Shown here piece by piece: positions 26,007 through 39,196 of a stretch of DNA of 64,000 nt. Under the pieces are notes generated by a model, which saw only the letters and a program-made list of their open reading frames with translations, did not search any database and was not told the DNA's origin. Both the position numbers and the translations under genes were made by a program. The DNA is from Podospora anserina (lineage: Eukaryota), in assembly GCA_017654855.1 (NCBI GenBank), contig CM030332.1:806001-870000 (forward strand), read 5' to 3'. Position 1 is the first letter of the stretch. Each line of letters begins with the position of its first letter.

Positions 26007-29000
26007 CATGTCGGTGAGAAGATGGTCGAGAATGGGGTCTTGGTGAGTTGAGCCCTTGGCACCGTTCGACTCCATCTCGCCTAGGATTTTCGCCGTTGTT
26101 CTGTCGTCTCCCGAGGCTCACCTCAACGGCGGACCGGGATGCCGGGGGATTAGGGCTCGTGGAATCGCTAGCAGAATACAACGGTTCGCTCGTCTCTTCC
26201 ATGTGCCGCACATGGTAGTATCGACATCTTGGTTGCAACTAGGTACGCATGGTGCAAAACCTAAACCCTAGACCTAGAGACATGACGATAAGTAGCTGTC
26301 TTGGCTCTGACCATGGCCCACCATGCACCATCGACGAGTGAGGAGAGGAAGAATGAGGTCTCTGGCCAGTCACCGAGTCGTCAATTGTTTCAATTCAGAC
26401 GTCTCCGGAGTGGCATGTCGTCCTGTCTGTCTTGCTCGGGCATCTTCGACCAAACGCGTGTGTGTGCCTATGCAAGTCTGATATTGGGCCAAAGCAAGGC
26501 GCGGGGGTTATCCTGTATCTTTTGATGAATAATAGAAAAAGATGTCCCTGGAGGAGTCAAGACAGGAGAAAAAGGATTGGATTGCTGTGGCTGTGGGTGA
26601 GATCCTGCCTTCGAGGTGTGCCAAAAGTGAAGTTGGTCGAAAACCTAAATCCCTGTTAGTCATCACCTGCGCAATCAATTTGGCGGGCTTCCAGAAGACT
26701 TCCATATCTTTTGCCTAACGAAGGTTTTTTACGGAGTAGCTTTCCAACCCCCGCTCTCTCCAGCACCCGTAACCCAAACCCCAACACAGCCTCTTCACCT
26801 CACAGACCTGACGGTGAAAATTTCAACTTTTGCTCAATTGAGGGCTGTATTGACTGTGGGTCAGCCCAATCAGGTGTTCGCACCAACAGACCTCTTCTGT
26901 ATGTACCAGCTCTTCGTCCAGCCCAACTGTATATGTACCAACTGCAATGTGTAACAGGTCGAACCCAGCCCTGCTAGGACTGCTGCAAGTCATACCCAGG
27001 CGCAGGGGTCAGATGCTGAGTGATAGGGTGGGGAATATTTCACCTGCCCCGCGCTTGGGCCCTGGATGACTTCAACCACGTCGTGGAAGTTGTTCCGATG
27101 GCTGACCTGCAGCAGAGAGTGTGACCAGTTCAGCCAAAAGATTGGAATAGGGCATCGATGGCCCTTGGCGCCCTCCCACAAGCGGTGATGTCAGCACGAA
27201 AAAGTTGTCGGCTTCTTTTTGTGGCTGCTGGGCATCCACATGCCCAGATGGCCGGTGAGGCTTCTGATATCTCGAGGTACATGTCGTCTTCTGCAGCCGG
27301 CCGGCTCCCAAGTATAGTTTCACGCAGAAAGACAGGGCACGCTCCTTGCATAAACGATCAGGCTCTCCCACACCCTTCCTCAGCTGTGATGCACGCCGGT
27401 GAAGGGTAAAGTGCCGGTCACCTGCACCCTCAGTGCTCCACGTGTTCAGGGGGTTGATGTTTTCTCGTTTGCCATCCCGAATTCAAGATGTCTATTCAAG
27501 ACAACTCAGAGTGAGGCTGGATTCGGAGAAATAGAGAGAGTCAGAGCCACATCAACCAAAACATAACCATAGAAGGGGAATGCAGAGTGCCTTTTGACGA
27601 TGCCACAGCACTTGGATGCTCGGGTAAGCACATGCTTCCAAGATCACGCCCATCAAAACCAGCTAGAATCCGGACGGAAACACATTTTGAGCTCTGGGCC
27701 GTTCCGAAGGGCCATATCTGTCGTACCGAAGAGTACTTAGCCACTCAACTATGCCGAGTCGAACATTTGCCCTCAGCGTCAGTCCAGGTGCACAACACAG
27801 TCCATATATGTCTATCATCACCGATCGTGTTTCAGCTAATCCCAGTCCTGATTCACAACTCTTGTACGGCGCTTTGGGATCAACCACGTGAAAATACACC
27901 CCACGGTCTGTACCGACCGGGCCGTGCCCTCGCCGGCGCCGTGACATTCCCAACCGGGGAGGAAAGTGCACAAACCGCCTAGCCCTGTGCTCGTATGGCG
28001 GCCGAGTGTTACACCGAGAGCTCCACCGACAGGTGCATCAGCACCGATAGTAGGACCCGACCGAGTGTTGTGTACGAGGAAGTACCACCTCAAGGGCCGA
28101 TAAGGGGTGCCTAGTTTGTGTCAAGCAAGCCATGCCATCTCAGGTTCTCAAATTCAAGTCAAAATGAATGGTAAGGCTGAGCGTTTCAAAACAAGACGGC
28201 GTGTCTGGGTGGCTTAAGTTGAACTTCTCGGTCCGATGGAGGATGAAAGGTCAAGCTGCCACTTGGCTGATCCGCCTAGTTCTTTTCACTCTAGTGCCTC
28301 ACATGGTCTGGATATTTCAGAATCAGAATGTCTGTATGAAGTGTAGTGTGTTGGGTTGAAACAAGTAACGTGGAGCTTTGAAAGTAGGAAACCTACAGTC
28401 TGTAAAACCCCGCTTTAATATGAACCCCACATATCCCGCTAGTTCGATCTGTTTCAACGGATTAATTGATACCAGCTGAGATTAATAACCTGTCTGGTCT
28501 GGATATCACTGTCGAAGGATAGTATAATCAGCTGAGAAGCATATATAAAAGAGAATTCACGTGATGCCCAAAGCCATATAAGCGGTTGGACAGAACGTCA
28601 AAGAAAGCTCCCGCTTGCTGAGCCACATGGTGGTGGGGTTATCACCACCTCCGTCCCGCGTGCTGATAGGCGCGCCGAGGCAGGTGCGCTCGGCAGCCTG
28701 GCGATATCCCGATAGCGCTGGCGTGGACGCCACTGGTGGGTGGGCTGTCGCAAGTCGCGGCCGGGGAGGCAAGCACCTCCATCCCTCATGATCAACCTTG
28801 GCGCCTCAACACCTCCTAGCTCTTGCCAGCTCTACTCCGTACTTTTGTCCCTTTCCTCAACAACGACAGCGAGTGTCATTTACGACTTTGATCAACACCA
28901 TCCATACAATTTAATTTCGGATCGCACTCGAAAGACTCACCTCCGCTCCGGATCCAACCCCGCTCCGAGCTACAATCCGTTATCAGGCGTCATCGCGACA

Positions 29001-29067
29001 AGCGCCCTTTACCCCGAACGAACGACCACATCCCATCACTTAGTGACACACATCCTCACCTTCGCCC

Positions 29068-30468
29068 ATGGCCGACAACACCGAGGCGGGCAGCGACGCC
29101 CAGATCACCTTCAAGGTCAAGGCGTCCAACGACAAAATGCACACCATCACCATGTCCGAGTCGGCCACCGTGTTAGACCTCAAGACAAAGCTAGCCAGCC
29201 CCGACTTCGAAAACATCCCAGCCGCCAACCAGCGCCTTATCTACTCCGGGCGTATCCTCAAGGATGCGGATGCCCTGAGCGTCTACAAGATCAAGAATCT
29301 TAACACGATCCATTTAGTCAAGTCGGCACAAAGCAATGCCGCTGCCTCGTCCTCTGCGTCGACGTCGACACCAACACCACCAGCCGTTCCCCAGAATATG
29401 GCTGCCGGAACTCCAGCCAGCAACATTCTCGCCGGACTCACAGGCGCCAGATTTGCTGGCCATGCCCCTCTGCCGAATCGGGATCTCTTCGGGGCTGACG
29501 GTGGTGTAAGTTTCCCTCTAAATCTTTTGCCAGGCGTGGCTAACAGCGTGTAATAGATGGGTGCGCCTCCCAGCGAAGACCAAATGGCCGACATGCTATC
29601 CAACCCAGCCATCGCACAGAGCATGAACGAAGCCCTCAACAACCCAGCCTTTGTTGACCACATGATCCAGTCGAACCCAATGTTGGCCAATGTGCCCAAT
29701 GCGCGCGAGTTGCTCCAGTCGCCGGCCTTCCGACAGATGATGACAAACCCCGAAGCAATCCGAATGGCGGCCAGGATGCGGAGACTAGCCGGAGGTCAAG
29801 GGCCTGCGGCTTTCCCAGCGCCCGGTGTCACCGACACAACACCGGCTGGTGCGGCAGGTAGTGAGGGTGCGAATGCCGCCCAGAATCCGTTTGGTGCTTT
29901 TCCTGGCCTCTTTAACAATCTCCCTGGCGCCGTTGGTGCTTCTGGAAACGATCCTTTTGCTGCCCTGTTTGGCGGTATGAGTCCCTGGGGTGCACCTCCT
30001 GCGGGGGCAACGCCCTCGACTCAGAGTGCTGGTCAGGCGAACCCGGCGTCACCAGCTGCTGGGGCCGCGGCGGGGGCCTCTCCAGACGGCCAAGCGCAGG
30101 GTGCTCAGGCGCCGCCGGTCAACCCCTTTGCTGCTCTGTTCGGCGCTCCGGCAGCGGGAGCGGGAGCGGGGGGTGCTGGTGCGGGTGCTGCCAACCCATT
30201 CGGCATGTCTGCCGAAGAGCTCGCTCAGATGAGACAAGCCCTCCAAGGGCTGGGAGGTTTGGGCGGATTGGGCGGATTGGGCGGGCTGGGTGCATTTGGC
30301 GCGCCACCAGCATCTGTTGATAACAGACCACCTGAGGAGAGATATGCTGAGCAACTGCGGCAGCTGAACGACATGGGATTTTTTGACTTTGACAGAAACG
30401 TGGCAGCCTTGCGCAGGAGTGGCGGCAGTGTTCAGGGTGCTATTGAGCATTTGCTCAGTGGGCCGTAA
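29068..30468 (+). CDS. DSK2: Ubiquilin / UBL-STI1-UBA proteasome shuttle
   Basis: N-terminal UBL (QRLIYSGRILKD), STI1-like NP/M-rich region and C-terminal UBA (PEERYAEQLRQLNDMGFFDFDRNVAALRRSGGSVQGAIEHLL). Intron 29506-29556. Confidence 0.93.
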
Positions 30469-30812
30469 TTGGGGTAGCCGGAACGAAACCAACCCGTACC
30501 ATTATTTTATTGAGAAGATTATGTAGGCCGTCGTGCTTCTGATGTGATAGCATTCGGGTTTGAGAGCAGCACATCTTTAGCCAGAAAGCGAAGCAGTAAT
30601 TCTGAGCTGGAGTGAAGCCTCGGGCAGTCATGAATGGAAGCGCGTTTCGAGGTAGTATCGGCAAAGATGACAAGTTTTTTAATGTAAAGACAATTGACAT
30701 TACACTTTGGCCAAATCATTTGTTGTAAATCATGATGTAACTAAATATTCTGCTTTGTGATCTATCCCTAACGCCCTGCCTGCTTTTTCCTTTGTCTCCC
30801 CAAACAATCCCT

Positions 30813-31435
30813 CTACGCCATCTTGACCGCCTCCTCCTGCGGCGGCACCGCCTCCGTCCCCGCGGAGCTGTTGAGAAAACTGAGATAGCAGTTCCACCCT
30901 ATGCTGATGACATTGACAAACAGGACCCTGTGCTGGAGCGGGACAAACTTGAAGTTGACAAGCTGGACGAACGGCCAGATAAGGTAGTTTGCCGACAGGG
31001 CGGGCCAGTACGAAGACGAGAGCTTTTCGGTCACGGACCCCCCTTCGAGGACGGCCATGGAGGAGAGGAAGATGCCGATGAAGGTCGGGGCGAAGAGGCC
31101 CTGGTCGGCGGCCACGCGGGCGAGGATGGTGCGGTTTGGGGAGGAGGGGAACCTGACGTGGGACTGGAGGAGGCGGAACCAGGTTGTTGCTGCTGGGCCG
31201 AAGACTAGACCGCCGTAGGAGGCCATTCGGGCTGTGCGGAGGAGGTCGTGGTTTGCGAGGCCGCGGTGCTCGATGAGTTGCTGGGCGGTGATGTCGCCTA
31301 CGCCGAAGAGGAGGGAGGTGGTGAGGGATTGGGTTAGGAGGGGGCGGGAGGCGAGGCGGGCTTGATACCTTTTGAGTTGGGTTAGTTTTTGTTTTTTGGG
31401 AGGGTGGGTGGAAGGAGGACATACCAGGCGAGCAT
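30813..31435 (-). CDS. SYM1: Mpv17/PMP22 family mitochondrial inner membrane protein
   Basis: An 11-nt first exon (31425-31435) and intron 31369-31424 give [18 protein letters not shown]...GDITAQQ; also [24 protein letters not shown] and [11 protein letters not shown]. Confidence 0.88.
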
Positions 31436-32536
31436 TTTGGCGGTTTGGAGGAGGGAAAGGTGGGGGGGGGATGGGTGTTATCGGAGTGAGGGTAAGAGGT
31501 GAGGTTGAAGTTGAGGAAGATAAGTGAGCGAGGCACAGATTTGGTGATTGTAGATCTTTCTTGGCGGAGGGGTGAGATTTCGACCAGGAAATACAACAAC
31601 AACAAAATGCAGATTGAAAAAAATCGTGTATCAGTAGTCAATAAGTAAAGGACAAATTGCTGTAAAATCCAGGTGATTTGTCGATATCAGATGAACCGTC
31701 CCTGTAGTATTCAGATGATGCTGGTGAAGATCCAAGCTGTCTGAACAGAACTGCCCCGCGGTTGGGTTGCGATATCAAGGACAAAACCAGTGCAACGTTG
31801 GTTGAACAGCAGAGCTATAGGCAGCTCTGAGAGAGATAGATTCAAGTATTTAAGAAACCCCAAGCCCCAATGATCAGCAAGGGCAGAAAAACTCCCAACG
31901 CCCTGCCAGGAATCTCCCATCCCCACGCATTCTCGGTCGAGATGATCACCGTTGGCTCACCAGTCAAAAAAGCACTACAAACCGCCCACGAGACCTGCTG
32001 AAAAATGGGCCACCACAGCCCAATCTAGTTACTCCGACAGCATCCCGCCAGGGGCATCCGCGTCTTTCGGCACATCCCCGGCGGCGGCGAGACCTAGGGT
32101 CTTGGGTGTGGGGGCTTACAAGATTTCTGGACCTCGTGGTATAGGACATCCAAACCCAGCCTTGCGGTAACAACACCATGTCCAGATGAATCTTTTTACC
32201 CGCCACTATGGACCAAGAAATCAATTCTCAAGCTGGGCTGTGTTAAGCCATGCTTGGTCCAGAATGGGCTCCATGAACTTGTGTTCATGCTCCCACCGGG
32301 ATCATCGATGAGCAACGGCCGACACCATCATCCCAACTTTGTTGCCCATGCGCAAAATGGCGCCACAGATGTCCATTATCCTGGATGGGCTATTAAACAA
32401 GAACACGCTTGCTGTATGATCGGTTTCACATAGTGCTAATTTTTCCAAATAATAATCCTTCCCTTTCCAGTCTTCCAACGCCCGGTCAGCCATTAATATC
32501 CACGCTCAGTCGACCTCCAGAAATCCAAGAGCCGCT

Positions 32537-34028
32537 CTATTGCAGCATATCCTTGACCTCCTGGCCGCTGTACTTTTCAAGACCCTCACCACCCTGTGCT
32601 GTAGTCAGTCAATGCTTTTCTTGTAGGACTTTGGTGGCAACAACTTACATAGCTCAACAATGGGCTAACCTCAACACCACCCGCAACCTTGGCACCAGCA
32701 GCCTCAAGCCACCTTCTGCCTTGGGCAGTAATATCAGCCCTGCTAGTATCCGGGTCATCCTCGCCGGTGCCCGCGGCATTCTTGAGCGGGCTGAACTCGT
32801 CCTCGCGGCGCACCTCCAAGCAAGCAAACTTGCTAAGCTCGAGCATGGGGAACACATCAAAGACAAACTGCTCCAGCTTGATACCGTTTGGCTTGGTGGG
32901 CTTGACTTGCTCGCCCGACTCGATGTCCGCATAGGGAATCTTCTTGCGGGCAACGTGGTGTGGCAGGCTCTTGGCCCACTCGGGAATGCTCTCGAGGAAG
33001 CGGAACGAGTAGTAGTGGTTGACAATGTTGGCGGCACGGAACTTGAGCACACCGGGTTGCTCTGGGTCCTCCTCGGCGGCGATTTGGGGATCAATCTCGC
33101 TGTACTCAACCACGTCCGGCTTGCCATTCTTCTGTACAATCAACCCAACGCTTTCAGTGGCATTGCGCTTGCGCACGACCTTGGTGGCAATGTCGACGTT
33201 CTTACTCGCCGAAAAGCCAATGAAGACAGGGTCGGCCACCTTGACAAGGCAGTTATCCACGCAGTAAGCGTGAATGTGCTCAATGCCGCGCTTCTTCATG
33301 TCGTCCAGCACCTTAGATTCCACCAATGCATTGTAGATACCGCCGTTCCCATCAGGGGCAACGGCAACCTTGCTCTTACTTTCCAACAGAATCTTTCCAT
33401 CGTTGGAGATGCAGGGGAGAACTCCCTGCTCGAAAATGAAGACGTTTTCGGGGCTGAGGCCAAAGTACCCCTTTTCCTTGAAGAACTGCTCGGTAGGACC
33501 CCGGGTTGGCCCGGAGGTCATGACGTACCACGGGACCGTGACCTTGCTGCCGGACTTCTTCTGGGCAAGCTCCTCAATCTTGCGAATACGCTCGGCTTGG
33601 ATCTGGAACAGAGACTTGTGGGAGGGTAGGCCAATGTCGAAGCAGCCCTTGGGCGCAGAGCTGCCCAACCGTGTGCCTTGCCCACCGGCCATGAGAACCA
33701 CGGCCACCTTGTTTGTGGCGATCAGATCGAGACCGGATCTGTACCATCTTTCGATATCGGCCGGGTCTGAGTCGAGAATGCTGGCCCGGGCAGCCTCGGG
33801 GAGGGGCTCCAGAGACGCTGGCTTCCCATCCTCTGCTAGGGGTGCAAGGGTCTTGGCGAAGATGGTGTTGATGTATGTAGGGTCGAAAAGGGACAATTGC
33901 TGGAAAAGCGAGGCCTTTTCGGTAGTCGAGAGCGAATCCCAAAAGGTAAAGACCTGATCCTGGGCAGCGAGCTCGTACTTTGCCTTGAGCTGCGAGACCT
34001 GCTCCGGTGTTGGTTCTTGGGCCGACAT
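32537..34028 (-). CDS. UAP1: UDP-N-acetylglucosamine pyrophosphorylase
   Basis: [37 protein letters not shown] and EFSPLKN. Intron 32594-32648 joins VSPLLSY to GGEGLEKY...MLQ*. First ATG at 34028. Confidence 0.93.
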
Positions 34029-34865
34029 TGCTGTGGTCAAAGGTCTGTGCAGTCGAGCTTAGTTAACGGTGGAGAAGTAAGAATAGAGTTGGTAAGCGGC
34101 TGCAGTAGTTTAAAAGTGTCCAAAGTAAGAAAGAAGCCTCTGAGGGAAGGGGGTGCTTTTTATTCCAAGAGGGCGAAGCAAGAAAACAAGTCCGAAAGGG
34201 GCTTCGACCTCCTGGCAACCCGCCAGCAACGACAGGACCCCGCCGCGCTCTTCCTCAGCTGTTGGGTAGCTCCTGCCCCGCTGTCAGCTCCGAGACAGTG
34301 TGACGCCACAGCACCCCGCCGCGAACAATCGACACACCGCCCCAAATCCAGGGGCTTGTGGTGGCAGGGCGATATGTGATTGGCTGATTATTTCGCGGCA
34401 TGCTTCCCGTTCTCGTCCTTGCTGGGCGACAGCTTCCCCCGGCTTCTTTTTTGGTCCGGATCCGCAGTCAAACACTCAACACGATGTTGAACACGAGAAT
34501 GGCTTCAGACGACTCTGTGACAAGTGCCACGGCAGCGAAAACTGAGAAGAGAACGGCATGTCATGTTTGTGTCTGCAGTGTGTTGTGAGGGCATGTAGAT
34601 CATCTGGCAGATGAGTAGTCAAGGCCCTGGTTGAATAGGTGGCGTTGCTGCCTCGGGGTGGTGGCCATTCAGAGCTCTCCTTTACCTAACCTCCATGCTC
34701 ATCAAACCATCTACAGGATACTCTGATAATCTCATCCAAACTCACTCAACTCAATCAATCTCCGAAATTTCACGCCAAGAGACCGATTGTGCCTTCCTCC
34801 CTCAAACTCAGTGACTGATATCCCGCCTCCGAAGCGCACCTTTTAATCCATACTCACCATAGAAA

Positions 34866-35843
34866 ATGTCCGAAACATCATCACCCCAAGAAGAAGCAAC
34901 CGACAACCTCCCCACCCCGACCTTCGCCGGCCGTCTCAAACTCTCGGAATTCATCTTCACCCCTGAGCAAAAGAAATCCATGCCTCTCCAACAACCCCTC
35001 CGTAAAAGCCCCCGGCTTCTCACATCAACCTCCTCCTCATCAACACCACTCCTCCAACCCTCCCCATCCATACCATCCCCCCTCAAACGCTCCCCCTCGG
35101 AACCACCATCATCAATATCCTCCCCTTCAAAACGCAAACGCCCCAAACCCCTCCCCACCCCACCCGGCCCGCTCCCCCTCCTCCCAGACGCCATCGCTCC
35201 CAACCTCATCCTCCTCTTCGTCGGACTGAATCCCGGCCTGCTAACCTCCTCCACCGGCCACGCCTACGCCCACCCGACAAATCTCTTCTGGCGCCTCCTC
35301 CACTCATCCGGCATCACCCCCCGCCTCTGCGCGCCACAAGAAGACCGGCTCCTCCCCTCCCTCTTCTCCCTCGGGCTCACCAACATTGTCCCCCGACCGA
35401 CACGGAACGGGGCAGAGCTTTCAAAGAAGGAGATGGATGCTGGCGTTGCGGTCCTGGAAGAGAAAATCAGGAAGTTTAAGCCGGAGGTGGTGTGTATTGT
35501 TGGGAAGAGCATTTGGGAGAGCGTGTGGAGGGTGAGGCATGGGAGGGGGATCAAGAAGGAGGAGTTTAGGTATGGGTGGCAGGAGCGGGGGGAGGATATG
35601 GGAAAGGTGGAGGGGGAGTGGAATGGGGCGAGGGTGTTTGTTGCTTGTAGTACTAGTGGGTTGGCGGCTACGTTGAAGCCGAGGGAGAAGGAGGAGATTT
35701 TTGGGGAGTTGGGGGAGTGGGTTGTTAAGAGGAGGAGGGAGAGGGAGGAGGAGAAGGGGGTTGGGAGTGGAACGGATGGTGGTGAAGATGGTGGTGAGGG
35801 TATAGGGCAGGTTGATGATGCAGAGGTCAAGCAGGAATCATAA
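34866..35843 (+). CDS. G/U mismatch-specific uracil/thymine DNA glycosylase (TDG/MUG family)
   Basis: Motifs FVGLNPGL...GHAYAHPTNLFWRLL, LGLTNIV, VCIVGKSIW and CSTSGLA. Single exon. Confidence 0.88.
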   Translation: MSETSSPQEEATDNLPTPTFAGRLKLSEFIFTPEQKKSMPLQQPLRKSPRLLTSTSSSSTPLLQPSPSIPSPLKRSPSEPPSSISSPSKRKRPKPLPTPPGPLPLLPDAIAPNLILLFVGLNPGLLTSSTGHAYAHPTNLFWRLLHSSGITPRLCAPQEDRLLPSLFSLGLTNIVPRPTRNGAELSKKEMDAGVAVLEEKIRKFKPEVVCIVGKSIWESVWRVRHGRGIKKEEFRYGWQERGEDMGKVEGEWNGARVFVACSTSGLAATLKPREKEEIFGELGEWVVKRRREREEEKGVGSGTDGGEDGGEGIGQVDDAEVKQES

Positions 35844-36035
35844 AAAGGACAGTCGACGACGATACAGGCGACGAGACGGAATGGTTGGAAGGGGCATCAG
35901 GGCTCTGGGCTCTGGGCAATGATAATGGAAAGGTTTAATCATTTCGCGACTTTTTAGCAGGCATCATTGCATCCGAATTAATTTCAAGCTTTCAACAATA
36001 TCGAGAGTTCGGCTTTTTGGTATAAAAAAAGGGTC

Positions 36036-36170
36036 AAAAAAGTTCGCGCCCGCCTCCGGTCTCGAACCCGCAAGTTGAGTCATCCACAGCGCTGCCTAAT
36101 CTCTATCCGGTTCCTCATGGGTCAGGGTAATCTGGACGTCTCCTCATACCGCTGGGCCACTTCGCCTCCC
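36036..36170 (-). ncRNA. Candidate RNA polymerase III (type 2 promoter) non-coding RNA, not a canonical tRNA
   Basis: On the minus strand: A-box TGGCCCAGCGGT (36159-36148), B-box GGTTCGAGACC (36068-36058), T6 and T7 terminators (36041-36036 and 36030-36024) and an upstream ATATAAG (36222-36216). The acceptor and D stems do not pair. Confidence 0.5.
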
Positions 36171-36229
36171 CCACCAGGCACGTCCTGGTCTGCGATTGCT
36201 CTCTCAAAGTCGGAACTTATATCCCATGG

Positions 36230-36271
36230 AGGGAAGGAGCGACAGGGAAGGAGCGACAGGGAAGGAGCGAC
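36230..36271. repeat. 14-bp tandem repeat (AGGGAAGGAGCGAC)x3
   Basis: Three consecutive copies seen directly, just upstream of the candidate Pol III unit. Confidence 0.85.
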
Positions 36272-39196
36272 CAGGTGATGTTGTTGTTGCTCGTCCCATC
36301 CAGGACAGGTTGCTCCTTCCTCGTGACGCAGAAATAACGAATTCTAGCAGTGGTTTGCTTGTTGAAGCCATCATCCTCCTGGTGGTCTCGACTGTGGCTG
36401 TCTTGTTTTGTTATGATAGAGCCGAACTTTGATGCCCTCTTCGCCCTGCGACCCAGAGGTTTTATCAACAACGTGGAGAGTTGGTTGATTTATGGCTAGG
36501 TACTTTCCTGTAAAACATGATGTTAATGGCTCTCTAGGTGCGTTGTGTCTGGGGGAATACTCACCTACTTGAGAGAGAGCCTAGTCATGCATCTTAGAGA
36601 TATCTTGCACCACCGACCGCTCTGGTTAAAATATCACAAGGCTTATTAAATCCCATATCCTCCACGCAATTAGAGGTCTGGTTGGTTTTGTCGAAAGTAA
36701 CCAGGATACACATGTCGAACTTATGAACGTCAAGGTAGCGAGGCGTACGGAGATCTTGATTCTGAGTATATATGAGGCTATCTCACGATCAACTATCTAG
36801 CATCCGTACCTACCTCGGCAGCGTCCACATATCCCAAGTGCAGTTGGCTCCGCAGATCTCGCCTTGCCCCTTTTGGCTGTACCGATCTCTCTCCTTCCCC
36901 CTTATCTGACCTTGCGATATTCCTCTCTCCCGGAAACCCTTCTAATCAAGCGCGCTTCGACGACTACTGAACCCGCAAGAACGACGCTACACCCCCAGCA
37001 ATGTGTTATCCAAACTCCAAAATCTCAACCACCCCTCTAGCTCCAGTCGCCTCGAAACTTATAACCCTTTTAGGAACACCCAATAACATTGCCCCCCTCC
37101 AGGCTCCTCCTCCACAACTACACTTTGTCTGGCACAGATGGTAACATAATCCCAGAAAAGAAAAACCCAGGGCTTACTAGGCTCGGCTGCCCGGCCTGAT
37201 CTAGTTTGGTTTGGCTGATGAGCTGTCCAAATTATCTGATCTCGTTTCAAAAATTGGAGACGGTGTCAACTGTATTCCTCTCCGCACTGTCAAAGATGCA
37301 AAAATCGGGTAGCATGCGGATGAGCAACCAAGGACAAAGCTAGGCTATATTTGGGCGCGAAAAGAGAGAGAGAGACGTGGGGAAACAAAAGAGAAAACAA
37401 AATGAGTGAGAAAAGGGGGGGAAAGGTTTGTTCAGACAGGGCGTTGTTTATATGTTTGGCCGTTAGATCAGGAATTTGGACAACCCCGATATATAACTTT
37501 CGTACCTAACCATCATCTATCTAGATAACCATCTCACTCTCACCACCCGCCTAACTGGCCCGGGTATATCCCACCCCGCCCCCCCATCCTCCGTCCCTTC
37601 AGGCTGTGTGTGTGGGGACGAAGATGCGTGTGTGGTACACAGGCATCGACCCACTCCTCCCCCCTCCCCCGTCCGCTGCATCACAAAAGCCGTGTCCTAT
37701 CATGAATTGCCGTCCTATTCCACCCTCGCATACCATCCAACCTTGTCCCGGGCTGGTTGACTCTCCCCCACCATCCTCACCGTCCTCAGCTTCTCACCCG
37801 ATCTTGGCAAGTCAGCAATACACAGTAATAGAACGCTGGAACCAGTCTGTCGGGTTCAACAAGCCCAACCAACAACCAAAGAGCGTGTGAGCCGACCCAC
37901 CATTTCCAAACACCAACCATGACGATTGGTCGTCGAGGAGGGGGTCGTGCATACTCAAACACCGTCGTCGAGATCGCCAATGTCCCCTTCGTATCTGCCT
38001 GTCAGATTGTCAACAACTAGCAGAGTAACATCGAGGGTGGCTGGGGCAAAACAGGTCATCTCATGGTTATGGAAGTTGGCTAGATAGGTGCTGTCAAGGA
38101 GCGTCGGCCATGATAGACAGGCATGCTTCACGTAAAGGATAGGGCTCCTGGACTCCAGTGCTTGGCGAATTCGGTGTAAGTCTTGCCATAGTCGCTACAG
38201 TAACAAATCGCTTTTCTTCAAGTCTGTTGTGTAACCTGGATATACGCGACATCCAATCGCGCTGCTGCCCCAAGGGTGACGAAAAGTGAACAGACCTTCG
38301 ATGATACATGGCAAACATCCATTCTGTAGCCAACCAACAGACATGGGATGTCCCACACATGCCGACCTGCCACGTACCACACCCCCCCTGTTGTTCCATC
38401 CTCGAGCCCTCCATTATGCTTTCCTATCCCCTATAACTCCCTAAACGCCTTTGGCTGAAAGCAACGCTGAACAGTGGAAAGACAAAGCGCTTGTGAGGCC
38501 GATCGAAGAACCTCGACAAATCTGAACCAATGGTGGGCCTTCGAGCCACCCATTCGGCAACTCCCATCAATGTCAAGCTCAGTAGATAAGCGAGTAGAGT
38601 CCCATAACGTGCGACTGGGCAGGGTTGGAGAAGAACGCAACGTGCTGGCCATTTTCACCTCGAAATCGCACAAGGTTCCCAAAAGCACTGCTGCTCGTCA
38701 AGTCGGCGAGGAAAGGAGCTGAAAGGATTGGCCGCAAAAGGCCAGATCATGTATAGATATATATACACGGTAGTGTGTCGTAATATGAATGGCGGTGCGT
38801 AAATGTGACACCCCGTGGGTCGACGTGCATACGGAATCGGCGAGTTAGAGAGCTGCTTTCGAGTGAAAATGCTGGTTGCTGGCGGGTGTAAGATGGGTGG
38901 GCCAACATGTGCCTTAGTGCTGGCGGGCTCGCGACCTGGAGGTCTGGGAAGAGGAAGCTGGGTTGTCCCCCCTGTAATGTTTTAGAATGCCACACGTCAT
39001 TGAATGGTCAACTGGGAGGGGAGAACGTGGTTCATTTATCGCATTACTCCGGCCCTGGCGCTCCCGTCGGGTTGAATGTAGGTACGACCGAAGGTGCAGC
39101 AAGGCCGAGGTAAGCGGGTGGGTTATCCCACAGGGGTGCTCTTGTTGTACCCGAGTGGTTTGAGGGAGGTGGTAGAAACAAGCAAACGAGCGAGAC

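Noticed and set aside
31700..32500. Short ORFs and small inverted repeats (CATGAAC/GTTCATG; TGGACCAAG/CTTGGTCCA) between SYM1 and UAP1
   Set aside because: The repeats are 7-9 bp and within chance expectation; the ORFs are interrupted and unrecognisable.
36042..36166. Canonical or intron-containing tRNA gene
   Set aside because: A and B boxes are present, but the acceptor stem and D stem cannot pair and the T stem is mismatched; kept only as a Pol III ncRNA candidate.
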